23,432 bases of DNA from Bodo saltans. Taxonomy: Eukaryota. The stretch is taken from positions 1 to 23,432 of the forward strand of contig CYKH01002023.1 in the NCBI GenBank assembly GCA_001460835.1, given 5' to 3'. This document shows positions 19,101 to 23,432 of the stretch, in pieces. Every line of letters begins with the position of its first letter. The first letter of the stretch is position 1. Both the position numbers and the translations under genes were made by a program. The notes beneath the pieces are model-generated. The model worked only from the letters and a program-made list of their open reading frames with translations. It was not told the DNA's origin and made no database searches.

Positions 19101-19611
19101 GCCGATGCCGTCATTGTGGTACATTGCTCTGGAGGCTTGCATGTCAAAAGCAACCACTCGAAGCTACAATCGAGCATTCTTGTTAACTGCTGTTGGTTGT
19201 GATGACGGAGCGACACTGACCAAAGTCGCTCTTGCTATGGGAGGTCATGTCGGTGCCAGTCAGTCGCTGCTGGCACCCAAATCAGCATTGCCAGCTTTTC
19301 AATCTCGTGGGAGCGGCTACTCCCCTATGACATGTTGTGCTGTGAGCTGCGCGCTGGCGCACAAATTTGGAAAATGGGAGCTGGCTCTGCAAGTTCTGCC
19401 AGCCAATGATGAACTCAGTCGCACTGCTAGAGTGGCGATTACCCACTGCACTGGACATTTTGATGACGCACTGAAGGAGACCTTGCAGTTGTACCGTCAG
19501 GAGCTCAAGAAGAAGCCACGAGCTCCTCGAACTTCACAAAGAGAGGCACTTCGTATCCTTGCGTGCTCAAACGATCTGACCGATCGTAATCCACTGTGGT
19601 GGATACTGTAA
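16105..19611 (+). CDS. large (1168 aa) Ala/Leu-rich helical-repeat protein, possibly PPR/TPR-like, with an Arg-rich N-terminus
   Basis: The track ORF starts at TTG 16078, and the first ATG is 16105 (MRSFQRRPRSTLRVTAPAPL, mitochondrial-presequence-like). There are repeated about 35-aa helix-turn-helix-looking units, e.g. CEMLVRCALEAGAWQEAVQMYVNNHQAYKLPVEVL. No catalytic motif is recognised. Confidence 0.6.
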   Translation: MRSFQRRPRSTLRVTAPAPLVIETQVLDRERSQHTSWFSWMLFCFRPARVVSVAPTPARPIRPHVSHVSTSPLACIVAFNQSRWMAIVVAATTIPRVPIDPVVRWYSSQITKRVLSSETVLQLLRSPKFDHHFALVQSCFLNAKQVVVDGAHAMSMLGCLPATERQIILCEHLLNDPSSTVAGLLPGATRLLSDPTNLRTWHDALRMMETLHSSTTVWRDPDLALRLMLCLSRSPPAHTSSRVHQNALLESTPQLHAVAVSRQFCRESLWLLALCSCPLNHAVRDELNVRARFEIGDWVGALEAATTSSSSALRSTAIELLIRNEQTVLACVAIRQSDRDSTKLSPASIALLLAQLARRKRTHDESQWYRLVIDDMINILHQREHVGNPAVDVAAAVALGACGSWERVLRLCAGHSGSIPIVMTLLVAAAGGGAPWEVLQRHTVSLMKTSSPTSASTCEMLVRCALEAGAWQEAVQMYVNNHQAYKLPVEVLDHPSLVSHVSVPFSSTTYSFVGQWREALEAERRAGVISTLQTSAGRCLAANEHCWQVALSITQTTEERLRVARNLLETSLWQVGLELLTAALPTETPTVRTLFLHSAARTLSSRNPKASLDLLATHDSECLGSKGRAALLLQTVLKSPSNGAMDALVPWLSWSDAIICLQRHRERPSTAVFLNSVLTYYHHQPARQTKLMVALRLLSSRRGRRLPSERSFTLLFEAQRTRAFASLSATPIPAVETEEHGLPQDLEAGPASGLRAWWAALELLSRPISATTKRPWQHLGDCPDDLLIHAVTTRRPSQDAAGLCVSGLSARGRWELATRMMQSLASQKTFPDMESLVELIESAVRLPSDAPLLHCVDALRQCTPPSVFNNVLRAVAERSANERGATWAGALQVLSTVALAGVPYVPSSVVQRIAELAPSKAARAAMHLLDARSSSQQTSPMAMDAAAICHVVSAAATAQLEPIVEVFEMRRGSFTGAMSTLPFTFDGSSNKVIRRLATLPMPSLWYIALEACMSKATTRSYNRAFLLTAVGCDDGATLTKVALAMGGHVGASQSLLAPKSALPAFQSRGSGYSPMTCCAVSCALAHKFGKWELALQVLPANDELSRTARVAITHCTGHFDDALKETLQLYRQELKKKPRAPRTSQREALRILACSNDLTDRNPLWWIL

Positions 19612-19636
19612 AGAATTTGTTTGACTTACTCTGCAG

Positions 19637-19686
19637 CATTTGTTTTTCTGATTACCCCCTCAACATTTTACTCGATTTCTTTTCAG
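19637..19686 (+). promoter_or_regulatory. pyrimidine tract plus AG before the EF-hand gene
   Basis: catttgtttttctgattaccccctcaacattttactcgatttcttttcag. The ATG is 13 nt downstream. Confidence 0.5.
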
Positions 19687-19698
19687 TTGTTGGAAGGA

Positions 19699-20481
19699 AT
19701 GAGCACAGTTCGCAAGAGTAACCGCAGGCCAGGAGTGGGTGATACTGCCAAGATTAGGCAGTTGTTCAACGCTTATGATACCAACCACGACGGAGGCATC
19801 TCCTTCACGGAGTTGGCCAACATGCTAGAGAAGATGTCCATTCGTATGAACGCCGAAGACCAGAAGAAGTTTTTTGATATGATCGATGTTGACAAGAGTG
19901 GCACGATTGAATTCGGTGAGTTCTTAGACTGGTACACCACCCTTATGGACCTCGTCGAGGAGTCAGCGCAGAAAACACTGTCATCCCTTCAGAAGTCTAC
20001 CACCTTCTCGCGTAGTGAACTCGAGACCATTTATGAGAACTACAAGCGCGTGAGTGCGTCGGTAGTGGACGACGGTGCGATTGATCAGGAGGAGTTTAAG
20101 CAGATGATGATTGCAGGTGGCGTTGCGAGCTGGAACTCCTTCCTTGTCGACGGATTGTTCCGCCTGTTCGACGAGGACAACAGTGGCACCATTACCTTCG
20201 AAGAGTTTGTACGAATCCTATCGATCCTGCACAACAAGACGAACAACTCCCAGGAAGACAAGCACAAGCTGCTCTTCCAGTTGTACGATATTGACAAGGA
20301 CGGCAAGATCTCAGTTTCTGATATGTGCAAGATTCTCAACGATTGTCTTTGTAGCAACAACATGGAGCTAAATGAGAGCGATGTGATGAAGATTGTAAAG
20401 TCCACCTTTGCCCGAAATGGTTGCGGCGAGCTCATGGGCCTCGATGATTATCTGCGGGAGGTCAAGGCGCGCGGTTTGTAG
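19699..20481 (+). CDS. EF-hand calcium-binding protein (calcineurin-B / CBL / NCS-like C-terminal half plus an extra N-terminal EF pair)
   Basis: Canonical 12-residue loops: DTNHDGGISFTE, DVDKSGTIEFGE, DEDNSGTITFEE, DIDKDGKISVSD. The spacing FRLFDEDNSGTITFEEFVRILSIL...KLLFQLYDIDKDGKISVSDMCKIL follows the calcineurin-B/recoverin pattern. The track ORF starts at TTG 19621, and ATG 19699 follows pyrimidine tract 19637-19684 and an AG at 19685-19686. Confidence 0.8.
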   Translation: MSTVRKSNRRPGVGDTAKIRQLFNAYDTNHDGGISFTELANMLEKMSIRMNAEDQKKFFDMIDVDKSGTIEFGEFLDWYTTLMDLVEESAQKTLSSLQKSTTFSRSELETIYENYKRVSASVVDDGAIDQEEFKQMMIAGGVASWNSFLVDGLFRLFDEDNSGTITFEEFVRILSILHNKTNNSQEDKHKLLFQLYDIDKDGKISVSDMCKILNDCLCSNNMELNESDVMKIVKSTFARNGCGELMGLDDYLREVKARGL

Positions 20482-20659
20482 ATATGATGCAGCAAGCATC
20501 ACGACCAGCAGCACCTGAGCGCTCGTACGAACGTTTGTGAATGTACCTATCTGTGATCAGACATCCCTTGTGTCTGCGCACCGTCCTTAAAAAGCATTGT
20601 GAAATCTTGACTGATGTAACGCTACTGATTGTGTCTGCATAGTCACACGATTGCTGCAC

Positions 20660-20700
20660 ATCTTGCATATTTTGTTTTTGTTCTTTTTCTGATAATGTAG
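20660..20700 (+). promoter_or_regulatory. pyrimidine tract plus AG before MVP
   Basis: atcttgcatattttgtttttgttctttttctgataatgtag. The ATG is 25 nt downstream. Confidence 0.45.
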
Positions 20701-20724
20701 TTACTATCGCTCTACCTCAAGACA

Positions 20725-23253
20725 ATGTCCGACGTTATTCGCCTCAAGCAACACCAGTACATCCACGTGCTGGACAACAACACAAACGTGACGACTCTGC
20801 ACGTTGGCCCAAAGGTGTTCACTCGCCAAGACCATGAGAAAGTCCTTTTCGCCCCAAAGGCGTGTGTCCAGATTCCTCCCCGAAGCTACTGCCGCATTCG
20901 CAACCCGGCACTTCGTGCGGCCGATGGATCTGCCGAGAAGGACGCCTATGGTCAAGTGAAGCTGCGCATCGGCGACGAGGAGATTCGCTTCGAACAGGAA
21001 CCCTTCCCATTGATGCCAGGTGAGGTGCTAATGGAGGCCAACAACGACCCTGCCATCAAGAAACTCGCTGTGATTCCCAGCAACACCGCCCTCAAGCTCA
21101 TCGCCACACGCGATTTTACCGACAGTGTTGGCGTTGCGCACGTTGCAGGTGACGAGTGGCTGTTTGAAGGACCTGACACTTACATCCCTCGCGTTGAGGT
21201 TGACGTCCTCGAGACCATCAAGGCCCAAGTCATTCGCCCCAACACCGCCCTCCGCCTCCGTGCCAAGAAGCGCTTCAACGACCGCACCAAGGTTGGTCGT
21301 GAGGTAGGAGAGGAGTGGTTGGTCAAGTCGGAGGGTGCCTACCTCCCAACGGTGGAAGAGGAGGTTGTCGGGTTCGTCAACGCCAAAGTCCTCACAGACA
21401 AAGACGCCATTCACGTCGAAGCCCTCCGCTCATTTACCGACATCTTCGGTAAGAAGCGCCGAGCAGGTGAGCAGTGGCTCGTCACCAACAAGAGTGCCGC
21501 GACCCACATTCCCGATGTGTATGAGAAAATCCTCGCTGATATCAAGGTCACCACCCTCAACAACCGCCAGTACTGCGTTGTCCTTGACCCCTTTGACCAG
21601 GCCGCCGGCCGCAACTCCGTCGGTAACAAAGAGATCCGTCGCGGTGAGGTCAGTTTCTTCTTGCACCCTGGAGAGCGTCTGCGCAACGGCATTGAAAACG
21701 TTCTTGTCCTCGGTAAGGACGAGGCACTCCTCCTTAAGGCCGTGGAAGCGTTCGATGACGCCACTAACAAGGGAGCTCGCAAGCCTGGAGAGAAATGGAT
21801 GATCTACGGACCCGCTGAATATGTCCCGCCTGTCCAGGTTGAGCTCCTTGAGCGCCGCCAAGCAATCGCCCTTGATAAGAACGAGGGTGTCTACGTTCGT
21901 GATGAGACCACTGGTGAGGTGCGTGCCGTCGTTGGCCAAGCCTACATGCTCAAGGAGAACGAGACACTTTGGGACAAGGAGCTTCCCCCGATTGTGGAAG
22001 ACCTCCTCCTTCGCCCCAACGGCATGAAGCACACCCTGAAGGATGATGCCGCTGCCCCCAAAGGCCCTGCCCGCATCAAGAATCGTGTCGTCCGCTTCAA
22101 CGTTCCTCACAACGCTGCCGTTCAAATCTTCGACTACAAGAAGAAGGCGCCCCGAATTGTCTTTGGACCTGACCTAGTGATGCTGGCGCCAGATGAGCAG
22201 TTCACTGTATTGTCCCTCAGCGGCGACAAGCCAAAGATCCCCAACGTAGTCAAGAGCATTCAGCTGATGCTCGGTCCTGACTTCTCTAGCGACACTATCA
22301 TCGTTGAGACCTCCGACCACGCTCGCCTTGCACTGAAGCTCTCCTACAACTGGCACTTCGAAGTTGACCGCACCAGCGAGACCGCCAAGGCAAAGATTTT
22401 TGCAGTGCCTGACTTTGTTGGTGATTTCTGCAAGGCGATTGCCTCTCGCGTTCGTGGCGCTGTCGCTGCTGAGGACTTCGATAGCTTCCACCGCAACTCC
22501 GCGAAGATCATTCGTGCAGCAGTGTTTGGCATCAACGAGCAGGGCAAGGTGGGTAAGAGCTTCAAGTTCCCCGCCAACGGCCTCGTGGTCACCAACATTG
22601 ATATCCAGGCAGTTGAGCCCACCGACTCCAAGACGCGTGATAGCCTCCAAAAGTCTGTTCAGTTGGCGATTGAAATCACGACCAAGTCCCAAGAGGCAAC
22701 CGCCCGCCACGACAACGAGCGCAAAGACCAAGAGGCCAAGGGCAAGCTTGAGCGCCAAAAGCTTCTGGACAAGATTGAGGCCGAGAGGGCCAAGACAGAG
22801 TGGCTGGAGCTTCAGGCCCAAAGCGAGGCTATTCAAGCCAGCGGTCAAGCTGTTGCAGAAGCGAAGGCCCGTTCTGAGGCCGCCATTATCGAAGCTGACT
22901 CCGAGCTTAAGCAGGCTCAACTTCGTGCCCAGGCGTTCAAGATCTCTGCTGAGTCGGAGCTCAAGCAGCTGAAGTCTAAGCAGAATGCTGAGGTTGAATA
23001 TATCCGCCGCAATAATGAGCTTGAGTTGAAGAAGGCCCGCGAGCTTGCTGAGATTGAGGCCACAAAGCTTGCCCAAATTATGGAGGCCATCGGCACCGAC
23101 ACCGTTATCGCCATCGCCCAAGCAGGCCCAGAGATGCAAGCGAAGCTCCTTGCAGGTCTCGGCCTCAAGGGGTACCTTATTACCGACGGCAACTCCCCCA
23201 TCAACCTGTTCAACGCGGCCCAGGGGATGATCGGAGTGCCACCCCCGCAGTAG
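20725..23253 (+). CDS. MVP: major vault protein
   Basis: N-terminus [61 protein letters not shown] matches the MVP repeat-1 signature (YIHVLD.N.NV...GP......E.VLF). Multiple MVP repeat modules follow, then a C-terminal coiled-coil cap-helix region ([29 protein letters not shown]...). 842 aa. Confidence 0.9.
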   Translation: MSDVIRLKQHQYIHVLDNNTNVTTLHVGPKVFTRQDHEKVLFAPKACVQIPPRSYCRIRNPALRAADGSAEKDAYGQVKLRIGDEEIRFEQEPFPLMPGEVLMEANNDPAIKKLAVIPSNTALKLIATRDFTDSVGVAHVAGDEWLFEGPDTYIPRVEVDVLETIKAQVIRPNTALRLRAKKRFNDRTKVGREVGEEWLVKSEGAYLPTVEEEVVGFVNAKVLTDKDAIHVEALRSFTDIFGKKRRAGEQWLVTNKSAATHIPDVYEKILADIKVTTLNNRQYCVVLDPFDQAAGRNSVGNKEIRRGEVSFFLHPGERLRNGIENVLVLGKDEALLLKAVEAFDDATNKGARKPGEKWMIYGPAEYVPPVQVELLERRQAIALDKNEGVYVRDETTGEVRAVVGQAYMLKENETLWDKELPPIVEDLLLRPNGMKHTLKDDAAAPKGPARIKNRVVRFNVPHNAAVQIFDYKKKAPRIVFGPDLVMLAPDEQFTVLSLSGDKPKIPNVVKSIQLMLGPDFSSDTIIVETSDHARLALKLSYNWHFEVDRTSETAKAKIFAVPDFVGDFCKAIASRVRGAVAAEDFDSFHRNSAKIIRAAVFGINEQGKVGKSFKFPANGLVVTNIDIQAVEPTDSKTRDSLQKSVQLAIEITTKSQEATARHDNERKDQEAKGKLERQKLLDKIEAERAKTEWLELQAQSEAIQASGQAVAEAKARSEAAIIEADSELKQAQLRAQAFKISAESELKQLKSKQNAEVEYIRRNNELELKKARELAEIEATKLAQIMEAIGTDTVIAIAQAGPEMQAKLLAGLGLKGYLITDGNSPINLFNAAQGMIGVPPPQ

Positions 23254-23432
23254 GACGTCGAGGGATGATGATATCAATGAACGCACAACAACGAAGGAAA
23301 AATTGCAATCTCGCACGAACATCATTCAAATAGGCTTGATAGCCTTCTGTCCGCATCCACGCTTTCTCACACACATCTTCTAAACATTCATTCTTTTTCG
23401 TTCGCACACGAGCAAAGGACCATAGAGGCATC

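Noticed and set aside
1-23432. Bacterial operon or phage-like same-strand gene cluster
   Set aside because: The products are eukaryote-specific (Sar1, LSm7, major vault protein, calcineurin-B-like EF-hand protein, fused LKR/SDH), and no Shine-Dalgarno-like purine tracts precede the ATGs. The spacers carry pyrimidine tract plus AG motifs instead. Co-directionality is explained by kinetoplastid polycistronic transcription.
1-23432. CRISPR arrays, rRNA/tRNA genes, transposon ends, long tandem or inverted repeats
   Set aside because: I scanned for regularly spaced direct repeats, cloverleaf-sized conserved tRNA boxes and terminal inverted repeats and saw none. Small ncRNAs cannot be excluded by eye.

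Overview
The window is eukaryotic. Thirteen intronless protein-coding genes all lie on the + strand, separated by very short spacers of about 90-250 nt. Nearly every spacer holds a pyrimidine-rich tract followed by an AG a few to ~40 nt before the first in-frame ATG (weak before the Trk/HKT gene). This is the layout of a kinetoplastid-type polycistronic transcription unit processed by spliced-leader trans-splicing, not a bacterial operon. Several encoded proteins are eukaryote-specific (Sar1, LSm7, major vault protein, a calcineurin-B-like EF-hand protein), and no Shine-Dalgarno-like sites are visible.

In order, the genes are:
- Sar1 GTPase.
- A small 162-aa hypothetical ORF.
- A 586-aa coiled-coil protein.
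- A bifunctional lysine-ketoglutarate reductase/saccharopine dehydrogenase.
- An 816-aa protein with three C-terminal LysM-like repeats.
- A Trk/HKT-type K+ transporter with four Gly-containing pore loops.
- LSm7.
- A small 4-TM membrane protein.
- A 948-aa coiled-coil protein with an embedded, partly degenerate class III nucleotidyl-cyclase homology domain.
- A thiolase (trifunctional-enzyme beta-like).
- A 1168-aa helical-repeat (PPR/TPR-like) protein.
- A multi-EF-hand Ca-binding protein.
- Major vault protein.

Seven ORFs in the supplied track begin at TTG or GTG codons (171, 9019, 10526, 10837, 14573, 16078, 19621). I moved these to the first in-frame ATG downstream of the AG acceptor candidate. 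I could see no rRNA, tRNA, CRISPR, transposon or long tandem repeat.

The least ordinary items are the pseudo-cyclase-like domain inside a coiled-coil protein, the triple-LysM protein, the unusual compaction of the locus, and a T10-A12-T10 homopolymer block. The species cannot be determined from the sequence. By eye GC is roughly 50%, and the spacers are far shorter than in Trypanosoma brucei or Leishmania, which suggests a compact kinetoplastid genome (inference).
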